Assembly (NCBI GenBank): GCA_965243135.1
Contig: OZ251539.1
Coordinates: 480,001-544,000, forward strand
Direction of reading: 5' to 3'
DNA from: Alphaproteobacteria bacterium
Lineage (GTDB): Bacteria; Pseudomonadota; Alphaproteobacteria; MPNO01; UBA830
DNA: 64,000 nt
Positions 1 to 9,431 of the stretch are shown in pieces. The notes under the pieces are model-generated. The model did no database searches and was not told the DNA's origin. It was given only the letters and a program-made list of their open reading frames with translations. How positions within the stretch are numbered: the stretch's first letter is position 1; every line of letters starts with the position of its first letter. A program made the translations under genes and the position numbers.

Positions 1-458
1 CGCTACCTCGGCCACTCGACGCTGCCCGGCGCGGCGCTACTTCGCTCGGACCGCCGACGGCGAACCCCTCGCTGTCCTCGGCTTCGGCGCCGCAGCCTGG
101 AAAATCGCGCCGCGGGACAGGTGCGTGGGATGGAATCCCGAAACCCGCCGCCGCACCGCTGGTGGTCAATAACGCTAGATTCCTGATCTTGCCCTGGCCA
201 GGAACCTCGCGTCCCATGTCCTCACCCTGGTCGAACGGCGGCTGCCCGACGACTGGGAGCTCCGCTACGCCTTGCGTCCGGTCCTGCTCGAGACCTTCTG
301 CGAAACGCCGCGCTTCGCAGGAACCTGCTACCGGGCCGCCAGCAAGGTCGGCGCGACCCAAGGTCGCGGCAAGCTCGACACCCGGCGCGAACGCGCTCTC
401 CCGGTCAAGGATGCTGAAGCCCTTGCGGCGGGACTGGAAGCGGATCCTCAAAAAATAG
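1..458 (+). pseudogene. Degenerate DUF4338 (DruA-like domain) gene, 5' part outside the window
   Basis: Segments in shifting frames read RYLGHSTLPGA / LAVLGFGAAAWKIAPRDRCVGW / LVVNNARFLILPW / NLASHVL..RLPDDWELRYALRPVLLETFCETPRFAGTCYRAA, the same motifs as the DUF4338 domain at 51817-52400; several small deletions break the frame. Confidence 0.8.
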
Positions 459-836
459 ACCGTCACTTGACGAGCGAACGCTTACGTTCCGCTGGAGTTC
501 CTGCCACCTGTCGAAATCCGCCGCGAACGTGCGGATCCGCTTGTTGAGTTCGGCCGCTGCCGTCTTGCCGTCGTCTTTCGACGGCTCCGGCGGGGCCTGC
601 TCTCCGGACGATCCGACCGCCTTCGCGAGCCCGGACAGCGCCTCCCCGAGTTCCGCGAAGCGCACCGCCAGAAACTTCGTCGTCCGGGTCTCCGACGCGG
701 CGAGCGGCGCAGAAACCTCTTCCGGTGCCGCGTCGTGCACTCTTTCGCTCTTCGGAGCGTCCGCCGCTGTCGGCGGGGCCGGCGTTCCCCCGAGATCGGC
801 CGGCCGGGGCGGCGGTGGAGCGGGTTCCTCAGCCAT
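405..836 (-). pseudogene. 3'-truncated paralog of the hypothetical membrane protein at 3118-3714
   Basis: ATG at 836 begins MAEEPAPPPPRPADLGGTP...LAASETRTTKFLAVRFAELGEALSGLAKA...AADFDRWQELQRN, nearly identical to 3118-3714; similarity stops just before the TM segment. Confidence 0.8.
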
Positions 837-853
837 GGTCGGCGGCCGCCGCC
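485..853. repeat. Direct repeat copy A (~370 bp) of 3381-3731
   Basis: cgttccgctggagttcctgccacctgtcgaaatccgccgcgaacg...gggttcctcagccatggtcggcggccgccgcc aligns with 3381-3731. Confidence 0.9.
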
Positions 854-932
854 GCGAAAAATTCTTCGATTTGCGGAACAGTTTTCTGTGGCCGGCAGTT
901 CGGGGTAGGTTACACAACAAATACGTCAGGCA

Positions 933-2915
933 TCATGTCAGGAGACCTTTCCAAAACAGTTTACTTTCCGACGGAGGCGTTAGGCCATCATTGTCTCTCG
1001 CATTGTCATCGGTGCCACGGTCGATCAGCACTCCAGCGATATGGTAGCCCTGTGCATAGTGGAGCGGCGTCATGCCGTTTTGGTCCTTCGCATTGATCTC
1101 GCTACCGCCTGCGACAAGAAACTCTGCCGTTTTGCGGGCGCTGCCCATCACCGCATAGTGGAGCGGCTTTCTGCCTTTCTCGTCCTTCGCGTTGACCTTG
1201 GCGCCGGTGCTGACAAGAAATTCGGCGGTCGGGCGGCAGTTGCTCAACGCTGTGCGATGGAACGGCGTCATGCCGTTTATGTCCTTCGCGTTGACCTCGG
1301 CACCGGTGCTGACAAGAAATTCGGCGGTCGAAAGGGAGTCATCTTTTGCCGCGTAGTGGAGCGGCGTCCAGCCGTAGTTGTCCTTCGCATTGACCTCGGC
1401 ACCGCGGCCAACCAGCAATTCAGCGGTCGAGCATGAATTTTCTTGTGCCGCATGATGGAGCGGCGTCATGCCGTTTTGGTCCTTCGCGTTGACCTTGGTG
1501 CCGGTGCTGACAAGAAATTCGGCGGTCGAGAGGGAATTCTCTTTTGCCGCATAATGGAGCGGCGTCCAGCCGTAGTCGTCCATTGCATTGACCTCGGCAC
1601 CGCGGCCAACCAGCAATTCAGCGATCGAGCGGGAATCTTCTTGGGCCGCGCAGTGAAGCGGCGTCAAGCCATAGTCGTACGTTCCACTCATGATGATGGT
1701 AGGGATGGTATCTAACATTTTGTGGGTATCGAAGTACTGATAGGCATCGCAGTGCGGCGCATGATGGAGCCGCGCATCGCTTTTCGCGTTGACCTCGGCT
1801 CCTGCGCCGACAAGGAATTCTGCCGTTTCACGGGCCTTGTGTAGCGCCGCGCGATGGAGCGGCGTATTGCCGTTTTCATCCGTCGCATTGACCTCGGCTC
1901 CTGCGCCGACAAGAAACTCTGCCGTTTCGCGGGCGTCGTCCCACGCCGCGCGATGGAGCGGCGTCATGCCGTTTTCATCCGTCGCATTGACCTCGGCTCC
2001 TGCGCCGACAAGAAACTCTGCCGTTTCGCGGGCGTCGTCCCGCGCCGCGCGATGGAGCGGCGTCATGCCGTTTTCATCCGTCGCATTGATCTCGGCTCCT
2101 GCGCCGACAAGAAACTCTGCCGTTTCGCGGGCGGCGTCCCGCGCCGCGCGATGGAGCGGCGTCATGCCTCTTTTGTCCTTCGCGTTGATCTCGGCTCCTG
2201 CGCCGACAAGAAACTCTGCCGTTTCGCGGGCGGCGTCCCGCGCCGCGCGATGGAGCGGCGTCATGCCTCTTTTGTCCTTCGCGTTGATCTTGGCGCCGGC
2301 ACCGACAAGAAATTCTGCCGTATCGCGGGCGTTGGTCAGCGCCGCGCGATGGAGCGGCGTCTCGCCATCGTCGTCCTTCGCGTTGACATCGGCACCGGCG
2401 CTCACAAGAAACTCTGCCGCATCGTGGGCGTCGTCCCACGCCGCATAGTGGAGCGGCGTCATGCCGGTTATGTTAGTGGCGTTGGCCTTGGCACCGACGC
2501 CGACGAGAAACTCTACCGTTTGGCGGGTGTTGTTGTGTAGCGCCGCAAGATGGAGCGGCGTCTCGCCGTCTTTGCTCTTCGCGTTGATCTTGGCGCCGAC
2601 GCCGACAAGAAATTTTGCCGTATCGCGGGCGTCGTCCCACGCCGCATAGTGGAGCGGCGTCATGCCTCTTTTGTCCTTCGCGTTGACCTTGGCGCCGGCG
2701 CCGACAAGAAATTCTGCCGTATCGCGGGCGTCGTTCCACGCCGCGCGATGGAGCGGCGTCCGGCCTCTTTTGTCCTTCGCGTTGACCTTGGCGCCGGCGT
2801 CGACAAGAAATTCTGCTGCTTCGCGGGCGTCGTTCCACGCCGCGCGATGGAGCGGCATCATGCCTTCGTCGTCCGCCTCATGTTGGGCGAGGCCGTAAGC
2901 AACACGCCTTGGCAT
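933..2915 (-). CDS. Ankyrin-repeat protein, 18 repeats, ~660 aa
   Basis: Repeated 33-aa G-x-TPLH-x-AA-xxx-AR-x-TAEFLVGAGA-x-VNAKD units; start moved to ATG 2915 (GGGGA RBS) because the ORF-track ATG at 2969 overlaps the -10 box. Confidence 0.95.
   Translation of the reverse strand: MPRRVAYGLAQHEADDEGMMPLHRAAWNDAREAAEFLVDAGAKVNAKDKRGRTPLHRAAWNDARDTAEFLVGAGAKVNAKDKRGMTPLHYAAWDDARDTAKFLVGVGAKINAKSKDGETPLHLAALHNNTRQTVEFLVGVGAKANATNITGMTPLHYAAWDDAHDAAEFLVSAGADVNAKDDDGETPLHRAALTNARDTAEFLVGAGAKINAKDKRGMTPLHRAARDAARETAEFLVGAGAEINAKDKRGMTPLHRAARDAARETAEFLVGAGAEINATDENGMTPLHRAARDDARETAEFLVGAGAEVNATDENGMTPLHRAAWDDARETAEFLVGAGAEVNATDENGNTPLHRAALHKARETAEFLVGAGAEVNAKSDARLHHAPHCDAYQYFDTHKMLDTIPTIIMSGTYDYGLTPLHCAAQEDSRSIAELLVGRGAEVNAMDDYGWTPLHYAAKENSLSTAEFLVSTGTKVNAKDQNGMTPLHHAAQENSCSTAELLVGRGAEVNAKDNYGWTPLHYAAKDDSLSTAEFLVSTGAEVNAKDINGMTPFHRTALSNCRPTAEFLVSTGAKVNAKDEKGRKPLHYAVMGSARKTAEFLVAGGSEINAKDQNGMTPLHYAQGYHIAGVLIDRGTDDNARDNDGLTPPSESKLFWKGLLT
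1040..2860. repeat. Tandem 99-bp coding repeats (ankyrin units), several near-identical
   Basis: Recurrent tggagcggcgtcatgcc and gacaagaaa(c/t)tctgccgt every ~99 bp, interrupted by a non-repeat insert at ~1675-1780. Confidence 0.95.
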
Positions 2916-3005
2916 GGCACCGTCCCCTATCAACTCTGATGCACAGGCGATCAACGATCCCTGAAACATTATCGGGATGGGTCGGCCGGCGAGTCAAGGC
3001 GCCGG
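2916..3005 (-). promoter_or_regulatory. Sigma70-like promoter plus 5'UTR/RBS of the ankyrin gene; copy 1 of a dispersed ~90 bp repeat
   Basis: TTGACT (2997-2992), 18 bp spacer, GATAAT (2973-2968), then gatcgcctg...gagttgataggggacggtgccATG. Confidence 0.7.
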
Positions 3006-3117
3006 GACGGCGCGGGCGTTCGCCAAGCGGCCTTCGTCGCCCTCCGTTTCAGCCTGCACTGCGTCCTGAAAAGAAGACGATCGGATCGACGGGAACCAGG
3101 GCAAGAACGGCTCGCGG

Positions 3118-3714
3118 TCATTCCTGTCCCGCCCCGTCCCGTCGTTGCTTGGCCGGAAAAGCGAGATCGCATTGCGCCTCCTTGCCGGCCCGGCGGCTCT
3201 CGAGCTCGCAATCGACGATTTCGGCGCCGTACTTCGTCCAGACATGGTCCTTCCACCCGTTCGTCGGGTCGCTTCGAGGCAGAATTCCCGTCTGCGCCTG
3301 CAAAAAAAGCCCGAGCAGCAACACGCATATCGCCGCTATCGCCGCGGCCGAGCCGCCCGCCAGGAACAGCCGCCTGTTGTCGTTCCGTTGCAGTTCCCGC
3401 CACCTGTCGAAATCCGCCGCGAACGCGCGGATCCGCTTCTCGAGATCGGCGGCCGCCGCCTTGCCGTCGTCTTTCGGCGGCTCCGGCGCGGCCTGCTCCG
3501 TCGGCGCTTCGATTGCCTTCGCGAGCCCGGACAGCGCCTCCCCGAGTTCCGCGAACCGCACCGCCAGAAACTTCGTCGTCCGGGTCTCCGACGCGGCGAG
3601 CAGCGCCGAAACCTCCTCCAGCGCGCGCTCTCTTTCGTCCTTCGGAGCGTCCGCCGCCGCGGGCGGCGTTCCCCCGAGATCGGCCGGCCGGGGCGGCGCG
3701 GGTTCCTCAGCCAC
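3118..3714 (-). CDS. Hypothetical single-TM protein, last gene of the secretion operon
   Basis: 198 aa, GTG start overlapping the virD4 stop; helical N-terminus, TM segment AAAIAAICVLLLGLFL, two C-terminal Cys. Confidence 0.7.
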   Translation of the reverse strand: MAEEPAPPRPADLGGTPPAAADAPKDERERALEEVSALLAASETRTTKFLAVRFAELGEALSGLAKAIEAPTEQAAPEPPKDDGKAAAADLEKRIRAFAADFDRWRELQRNDNRRLFLAGGSAAAIAAICVLLLGLFLQAQTGILPRSDPTNGWKDHVWTKYGAEIVDCELESRRAGKEAQCDLAFPAKQRRDGAGQE

Positions 3715-3731
3715 GGCCGGCGGCCGCCGCC
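3381..3731. repeat. Direct repeat copy B (3' tip of virD4 plus 5' part of the downstream gene)
   Basis: Aligns with 485-853. Confidence 0.9.
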
Positions 3732-5593
3732 CGCTTGCGCAGGACGAACGGGTTGGGGTCGGCGAGCCGGCGCGCGTCGGGCCGCAGCCAGTAGCGGGCG
3801 TGGCGCAGATGCAGGGCGTCGCGCGGAACGTCCTTCGCGGCGGCGACGACGTACTGCTCGTCCGGCCCCATGGTCATCAGGTCGTCGGGTGCGACCAGGC
3901 GTTCCTTGACGACGGACAGGGTTTCCCCCCGGGACCGGGACGACCCGGTCAGGCGGGCGTCCTGGACCGTGCCGGAGACGTTTTCCGAGCGGTTCTCGAA
4001 CGTCGCGCTGCCGATCGCCGCCGACAGGTTCTCCGCGCCGGAGACGTCCATGCGCGGGAAGCCGAGGATCTGGACGACCTCGGCGAGATGGACGAGGGTT
4101 CGGCAGCGTTCCGGGCCCCAGGTCGCCTCGAGGGCGCTGAGGCTCTGCGCGAAGCTCCAGAAGTGGATCCCGCGCCCGGCGGCGGTGTTGTAGGCGTCCA
4201 TGACGGGCTGCAGGAAACCGAGCCGCGGCATCTCGTCGAGGATCAGGAGGAGGTCGCGCCCGAGGGCGCGGCGCGACGGGACCGCGTTCGGGATCGCGAT
4301 CCAGAGCCTGATCCATCCTTTGACGCGGTCGAGCGCCTCCTCGGGACAGACGACGAAGAGGTCGACGTCGCCGTCGGCGACGTCTTCCGGGTCGAAGGTG
4401 GATTCCGAAGTGTGCGCCGCGAGTTCGGGATAGGTCATGAAGGCGAGCTGGTTGGCGATCGTCGTGAAGTTCGAGCCGCCTTCCTCCTTGCCGACGCGGG
4501 TTTCCCTCTCGACCGCCAGATGGGCGAGGCCGCCGCAGAAGGGCTCGGTCTCCTTCACGCGCCGTCCGAACATCTCCTGCTCCTTCGCGCCCTTCGACAG
4601 CAGCTGGTGGAGGAAGGCGAGGTTCCGTTTCTCCGGCGGCTCCCGGAAGCGAACCCAGGCCATGTATCCGGCGATCAGCGACCGCGCCGACTCGTAGAAA
4701 TGCCGCGAGTTGCCCTGCTCGTTCGCGGGCGGCGTCAGCAGGGCGTCGAGCAGGACGTCGATGTCGCGGACGGCGGCCGCCTCGTCGTCGCGGATGAAGT
4801 CGAACGGGTTGTAGCGGGCGGATTCCGCGTCCGGGAGATGCAGCGCCTCGCCGAACTGCGCCGCATGGTTGGCGACGACGCCGAAGGGGTCCAGAAGGAT
4901 CGGGCGGCGGCCCATCTCGCGCCTGCGGCGGGCGACGACGCAGAACGTCTCGCCCCTCGGGTCGACGAGCACGGTCGAGCCGGGCCAGCCCCTGCCGCCG
5001 GGCGACAGGTAGTTGAGGGCGATTTCCGCGCCCTTGCCCGCGCGCGGCGGCGCGACGGTGAGGGCGCATCCTTCCATGTTCCAGGCGATCAGGGGCGAGG
5101 AGGCGCCCGGCCCGCGCTGGCCGAGCAGGATGCCGCGGCGCCTGGAGAGCTCCCGCAGGTGCGAAGGGCCGAGAAGGCGGGCCTTGCCGTAGAGGTCCGA
5201 CCGGGCGGGTTTCCTGCGCTCGCCGCGGCGCAGCCCGGCCGCGTCCGCCAGCGCCTCGGCCCACAGCCACAGCGCGGCGGCGGCGACCGCCGGCGAGGCC
5301 GCGACGGCGAGATCGGGGACGTCGAGGCGGTGAAGGGAAGACAGCCACGCGGCGGGACGGTCGCGAAGGGCGGGCAGGACGCCGGTCCATGCCGTCGCCG
5401 CCGCTGCGGCGAACGTCGCCGCGTGCAGCGACAGGCGCGGCGCCGCCGCCTTCCTGCCGAACGCCGCGAGGGAGGCGGCGGCGAACGGGGCCAGCGCGGC
5501 GGCCGCCGCCGCGACGGAGGGATCGCCCCGCAAGAGCCACGCGGCCCATCCGAGGCCGGCGAGGCCCGGCAAGGCGATCGCCGCGCGCGTCAG
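3707..5593 (-). CDS. virD4: Type IV coupling protein, VirD4/TraG family
   Basis: C-terminal ~620 aa of ORF 3707..8158: N-terminal TM helices, LYGKAR, LTVAPPRAGKG (Walker A-like), VLVDPRGE, YNPFDFI, LLILDEMPRLG (Walker B), GIHFWSFAQSLSALEATWG, RLVAPDDL; start uncertain (CTG 5593 or TTG 5572). Confidence 0.88.
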   Translation of the reverse strand: MTRAAIALPGLAGLGWAAWLLRGDPSVAAAAAALAPFAAASLAAFGRKAAAPRLSLHAATFAAAAATAWTGVLPALRDRPAAWLSSLHRLDVPDLAVAASPAVAAAALWLWAEALADAAGLRRGERRKPARSDLYGKARLLGPSHLRELSRRRGILLGQRGPGASSPLIAWNMEGCALTVAPPRAGKGAEIALNYLSPGGRGWPGSTVLVDPRGETFCVVARRRREMGRRPILLDPFGVVANHAAQFGEALHLPDAESARYNPFDFIRDDEAAAVRDIDVLLDALLTPPANEQGNSRHFYESARSLIAGYMAWVRFREPPEKRNLAFLHQLLSKGAKEQEMFGRRVKETEPFCGGLAHLAVERETRVGKEEGGSNFTTIANQLAFMTYPELAAHTSESTFDPEDVADGDVDLFVVCPEEALDRVKGWIRLWIAIPNAVPSRRALGRDLLLILDEMPRLGFLQPVMDAYNTAAGRGIHFWSFAQSLSALEATWGPERCRTLVHLAEVVQILGFPRMDVSGAENLSAAIGSATFENRSENVSGTVQDARLTGSSRSRGETLSVVKERLVAPDDLMTMGPDEQYVVAAAKDVPRDALHLRHARYWLRPDARRLADPNPFVLRKRAAAAGRG

Positions 5594-6063
5594 CGCCGGC
5601 CGGCGCAATCGAGGATCCTGCGGCGGGCCTCGGCGTTTTCCGCCTCCGGGATGCGGTTCCAGAGCGAATTGTGGCCGTTCGAGACGAGGGCGCCGTTGCG
5701 GAAGGCGTGGTCGACGAGTGCGCGCACGGTTTCGTCGTCGCCGACCACGGGGTCGTGGAAGCCGGAGCGCGGGCCCGCTCGCACCACCGGCCCCAGCCGG
5801 AGGATCCGCCCGTCCGGCGCGCGGACCGCGGCCTGGACCGGCTTGCCGTCCGGGAAGCCGCCGAAGTACAGCCTCGCTTCGAGGTCGCCCGTCCGGCAGA
5901 CCGCGGCGAGGCCGACGCGGGAGGGCGGCAGCGGCGCGTCGAAGCCGACCGCGAGGGTGCGCCCGTCGTCGGCGTAGATCCTCATGGCGTCGGCCTCGGG
6001 CGTCGGGGTCTGCGCCGCGGCGGGGGTCGCGGCGAGAAGGAGGGCGGCGAGGGTCCGGAGCAT
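5590..6063 (-). CDS. Hypothetical exported protein
   Basis: 157 aa, signal peptide MLRTLAALLLAATPAAA-Q, two Cys, tightly packed in the operon. Confidence 0.7.
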   Translation of the reverse strand: MLRTLAALLLAATPAAAQTPTPEADAMRIYADDGRTLAVGFDAPLPPSRVGLAAVCRTGDLEARLYFGGFPDGKPVQAAVRAPDGRILRLGPVVRAGPRSGFHDPVVGDDETVRALVDHAFRNGALVSNGHNSLWNRIPEAENAEARRRILDCAGRR

Positions 6064-6066
6064 TCC

Positions 6067-8280
6067 TCAGTTCCGCGGCCCGGCGCCGGCCCGGCGCAGC
6101 GACCCGACCCGGAGCCCGCCCAGCCGGCCGACGCCGCCGGTGACGGCGCCCAGGAGGCGGTCGGCGCCGCCGTCCTCCCGGACCCGCCCGCCGATCCATT
6201 CCATGGCGGCGGCGGGCAGGCCGTCGATCAGCTTGAACGAGGCGTTCAGGAGCGCCCACGCGGTCATGACGTAGATCGCCAGATACGCGAGGTAGCCGAC
6301 GATGCCGAAGCCGTCCGAAGCGTTCGCGTCCCGGAGCTGGGGCTTCCAGACCTCGTTGAACAGCCCCATCGCGGCGAGGAACACGAAATATCCCGCGACC
6401 AGCCCGAGCAGCATCAGGGGCGGGCGGAGGATCAGGCCGGGCAGGAACAGCCAGCCCTGGCGGGTGGCGGGCAGGACGAAGCCGTCGCCGCGCGAGACGT
6501 GCGCGGCGAGGAAGACCGTGACGGCGAAGACCGCCGCGGCGACGTCGACGACCCAGGCGACCGTCCCGAACAGGAACCGCACGAAGGGGATCGCCGGAAG
6601 GACGTAGGCGAGGACGGCGCCGGCGACGAGGAGGATCGAGAGGATGGTGGAGACGAAGAAGTCCGCCACCTGCCAGCCGTGTCCGAACAGGTCGAGGCCG
6701 CGTCCGAGAAAGGGCACGGCCTGGAATCCCCCGGAGACGGTCGCGGCGGCGGCGAGGGCCGACAGCGCGGCCAGGGCGTTGCCGAGGATCTCGTGGCCGT
6801 ACCCCGCGAGGTCGGCGACGGGGTTTCCGCTGTCCGGAATGGCCGCGTCGTCGATCGAGAGCCAGTCGAAGAACCCCCTGCCGACGCCGCCGTCGCCTCC
6901 GGAGGAGGGCAGGGCGCCGCCGCCGAAGACCACCGGCTTCCAGCCGCGGGTCTGGGCGAGGGCGACGGTGAGGGCTTGCACGGCCGCGGCGGCGGGCGGC
7001 GAGGCGCCCTCGAGGCTGCCGGACGGCAGCGCCACGTCGGGGATGCCGTAGGCCGCGGCCTGGAAGCGGCCGGTCCGCCGGGCGAGCGTGTTGAAGAAGG
7101 CCGCTGCGGCGAGCCAGCCCCGGCGCTCCGCGTCCTCGGCGACGGCGCGTTCGAGGGCGTCGCGCTCGTCGCCGGCCGCCTTCCGGAGCCGGGCGTCGAG
7201 GACGCGGGCGTACCCGTCCGCGATCCCTTCGAGAAAGGCGTCGAGGTCCGGAAGCGGATGCCCGTAGACCGGGCTTCCGGGGACGAAACGGTCGCCGAGG
7301 CGGGCCGCGCGCTCGCGCAGGACCGTCGTCCTGAGCCCTTCGAGAGCGGCGAGATGGGCGCGGGCCGCGTCGCCGCGCGGCCCTTCGGCGGGCGCGTACC
7401 CGTCCTGGTCGAGCATGTCGAAGCCGAACGCCGAGCTGCGGTCGACGCCCGGCTTGCGGGCGTGGACGCCGGCGTAGCGGACGGCGCCGCACATGTTTCC
7501 GGGGAGTCCGCGGCGGTCGCCGTCGTAACGCACGACGCGGGCGGTCCTTTCGTCCGCGGTTCGAACGACCACGCGCCGGGAGCGGGCGTTGGCGACGCGC
7601 AGGCAGACTTCGGCGATCAGCGCGCGGGATACGGCGGCGCGCCACGCCGCGGCCCGCGGGCGCGGCGCGACCGGCTTGCCGCCGCGCAGCGCGTCGGCGG
7701 AAAAGGGCGTCCACACCGCGGTCGCGAAGTCGCCGCCGAGATGGGCGAGGCCGACGACGACGTGCTGGCCGCCGTTCATGCCGCCGGGAAGGGGGGTCAT
7801 CAGGGCGACGGCGAGGACGATCCGCAGGATCTCCCGGCCGCCGAGGCCGAGGCGGCCCTCGCGCGCCGTGTCGACCGTGCCGGCGACGACGTGCCAGATC
7901 AGGAGGAAGCCGGCGAGGACGAGGACGGCGGCGTTGAAGGCGAAGAGCATGCCGCCCAGCGCGGAGCCGCGTTCCGTCCGCAGGTCCGCCAGGAAGGAGA
8001 GCAGCCTGCGGGTTCCGGCGTCCTCCTCCGCGAAGACGGCCGGCGTCTGGGCCCCCGCGGCGGCGGCGGCGAACGCCAGCAGCGCCGTCCCGAGAAGGAC
8101 GATCGCGGCGCCGGACAGGGCGCGGGCGCGGAGTCCGCGGGCGAGCGGATTGCGCCATTCCGTCTTCGGCGCGGGGGCGAGCGCGCCGGCCAGCGCGCCG
8201 AGCCGCGCCGCCGACCTCCGGACGTCGCGCAGCGCGCGGCCGAACTCCGGCAGGAACAGGAGCCGCAGCAGCGCCCGCAT
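6067..8280 (-). CDS. dotA: DotA/TraY family inner-membrane T4BSS protein
   Basis: From ATG 8280 (MRALLRLLFLPEFG): FAFNAAVL...AGTVDTAREG, RIVLAVALMTPLPGG, GWLAAAAFF, LAYVLPAIPF, LILRPPLMLLGL, typical TraY/DotA blocks. Confidence 0.88.
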   Translation of the reverse strand: MRALLRLLFLPEFGRALRDVRRSAARLGALAGALAPAPKTEWRNPLARGLRARALSGAAIVLLGTALLAFAAAAAGAQTPAVFAEEDAGTRRLLSFLADLRTERGSALGGMLFAFNAAVLVLAGFLLIWHVVAGTVDTAREGRLGLGGREILRIVLAVALMTPLPGGMNGGQHVVVGLAHLGGDFATAVWTPFSADALRGGKPVAPRPRAAAWRAAVSRALIAEVCLRVANARSRRVVVRTADERTARVVRYDGDRRGLPGNMCGAVRYAGVHARKPGVDRSSAFGFDMLDQDGYAPAEGPRGDAARAHLAALEGLRTTVLRERAARLGDRFVPGSPVYGHPLPDLDAFLEGIADGYARVLDARLRKAAGDERDALERAVAEDAERRGWLAAAAFFNTLARRTGRFQAAAYGIPDVALPSGSLEGASPPAAAAVQALTVALAQTRGWKPVVFGGGALPSSGGDGGVGRGFFDWLSIDDAAIPDSGNPVADLAGYGHEILGNALAALSALAAAATVSGGFQAVPFLGRGLDLFGHGWQVADFFVSTILSILLVAGAVLAYVLPAIPFVRFLFGTVAWVVDVAAAVFAVTVFLAAHVSRGDGFVLPATRQGWLFLPGLILRPPLMLLGLVAGYFVFLAAMGLFNEVWKPQLRDANASDGFGIVGYLAYLAIYVMTAWALLNASFKLIDGLPAAAMEWIGGRVREDGGADRLLGAVTGGVGRLGGLRVGSLRRAGAGPRN

Positions 8281-9431
8281 CAGTTCGCGGCGGCGGCGGG
8301 GTTGCCGAGCCCCGGCAACGCGCGCATCTCCTCGGCGCCGAGGGCGAGGCGGGCGGCGTCGATCGCTCCGCGGCGCTCGTCGAGGCGGAAGCGCTGCCAG
8401 TCCAGCTGCAGCTGGAGGCTCAGCGCGACCGCGATCTCGCGCAGCAGGTTCTCGGCGCCCATGGCCTGGAGCCCGACCGCCCACGCCGGATCCTCGAAGC
8501 GGCGGGCGGCCAGCAGTTCGAGGAGTTCGTAGCGGCTGACCGGCTTCGCCGGATCGCGCGCGCCGGGCGCGACCGCCTCGGCCCAGGCTCCGAGATCGGC
8601 GGCCGGCGCGCGCAGCGCCCGCAGCGCGGCGTAGTAGTCCGCCGCGAGCGCGGTCCGGGCGTCGGCCGAACGTCCCAGCAGAACGAGGCGCCGCTCCTCG
8701 GCCGTTTCCGCGGAGGAGAGCGGCGGCGGGTCGTGAACCACGGGCGACGCCAGGTTGCGCGCGAGTTCGACGGCGGCGCGAAGCTCGTCCTGCGACGCGA
8801 TCGTCCTGCGGTCGAAAAGCGTTTCGCCGGCCTTCAGGTCGGCGGCGTGCAGGGCTTCGCTTCCCTTGCAGGCGGCGTCGCCGGCGCGGTCCGCGTTGCA
8901 CCAGGCGGAGGTCACCGCGCCGAACCGCGCGTCGGCGTCGGCGGCCGCGCCGGGAACCGCGGCCACGGCGCGGTCGTTGGCGATGCGCCCGGTCTCGACC
9001 CGGCCGGCGGACAGGCGGGCCGCCTCGGCGGCGGCGCGGGCGGAGCGCAGCCCGGCGGCGCCGGTCGCGACCGCGCAGGCGTTCGCCGAAGGCGCGCGGG
9101 CGCGCATGGCGCGGGTCTCCTCCACTTCCCGGGCGGTCTGCGCCTGGAGCCGGGTCTGCGCCGACAGCGCCTGCGTCAGCGCCCTGGCCGATTGCGCCTG
9201 GTAGCCGGTCTGCTGGGCGGTCTGGAGCCGGAGCGCCTCGACCACCCGCTCCTCCATGACGTCGATGCGGGCGGCGATTCGCGAGATGACGCGCACCGCC
9301 TCCCTGCGGTCGTCGTCGGTCGGATCGCAGCGATGCGCGCCGGCCGGCGCGGCGCGCAGCAGCAGGACGAGAAGCGCGAGGAACGCGGCCGCGGCGGCGG
9401 CCGCCGGAAGCAGAAGCCGCAGCCAGCTCAC
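8280..9431 (-). CDS. TraW/IcmX-like exported T4BSS protein
   Basis: GTG 9431, signal peptide, C-terminal SRYELLELLAARRFEDPAW..L......LLREIA..L...L......ER resembles TraW/IcmX; located directly before dotA/traY. Confidence 0.6.
   Translation of the reverse strand: MSWLRLLLPAAAAAAAFLALLVLLLRAAPAGAHRCDPTDDDRREAVRVISRIAARIDVMEERVVEALRLQTAQQTGYQAQSARALTQALSAQTRLQAQTAREVEETRAMRARAPSANACAVATGAAGLRSARAAAEAARLSAGRVETGRIANDRAVAAVPGAAADADARFGAVTSAWCNADRAGDAACKGSEALHAADLKAGETLFDRRTIASQDELRAAVELARNLASPVVHDPPPLSSAETAEERRLVLLGRSADARTALAADYYAALRALRAPAADLGAWAEAVAPGARDPAKPVSRYELLELLAARRFEDPAWAVGLQAMGAENLLREIAVALSLQLQLDWQRFRLDERRGAIDAARLALGAEEMRALPGLGNPAAAAN

Noticed and set aside
1040-2860. Regularly spaced repeats resembling a CRISPR array
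   Set aside because: The period is 99 bp and in frame, the intervening parts are homologous to each other and encode ankyrin repeats; no cas genes
933-2969. Diversity-generating retroelement acting on the ankyrin repeats or RM copies
   Set aside because: No reverse transcriptase in the window, and the differences are not confined to adenines
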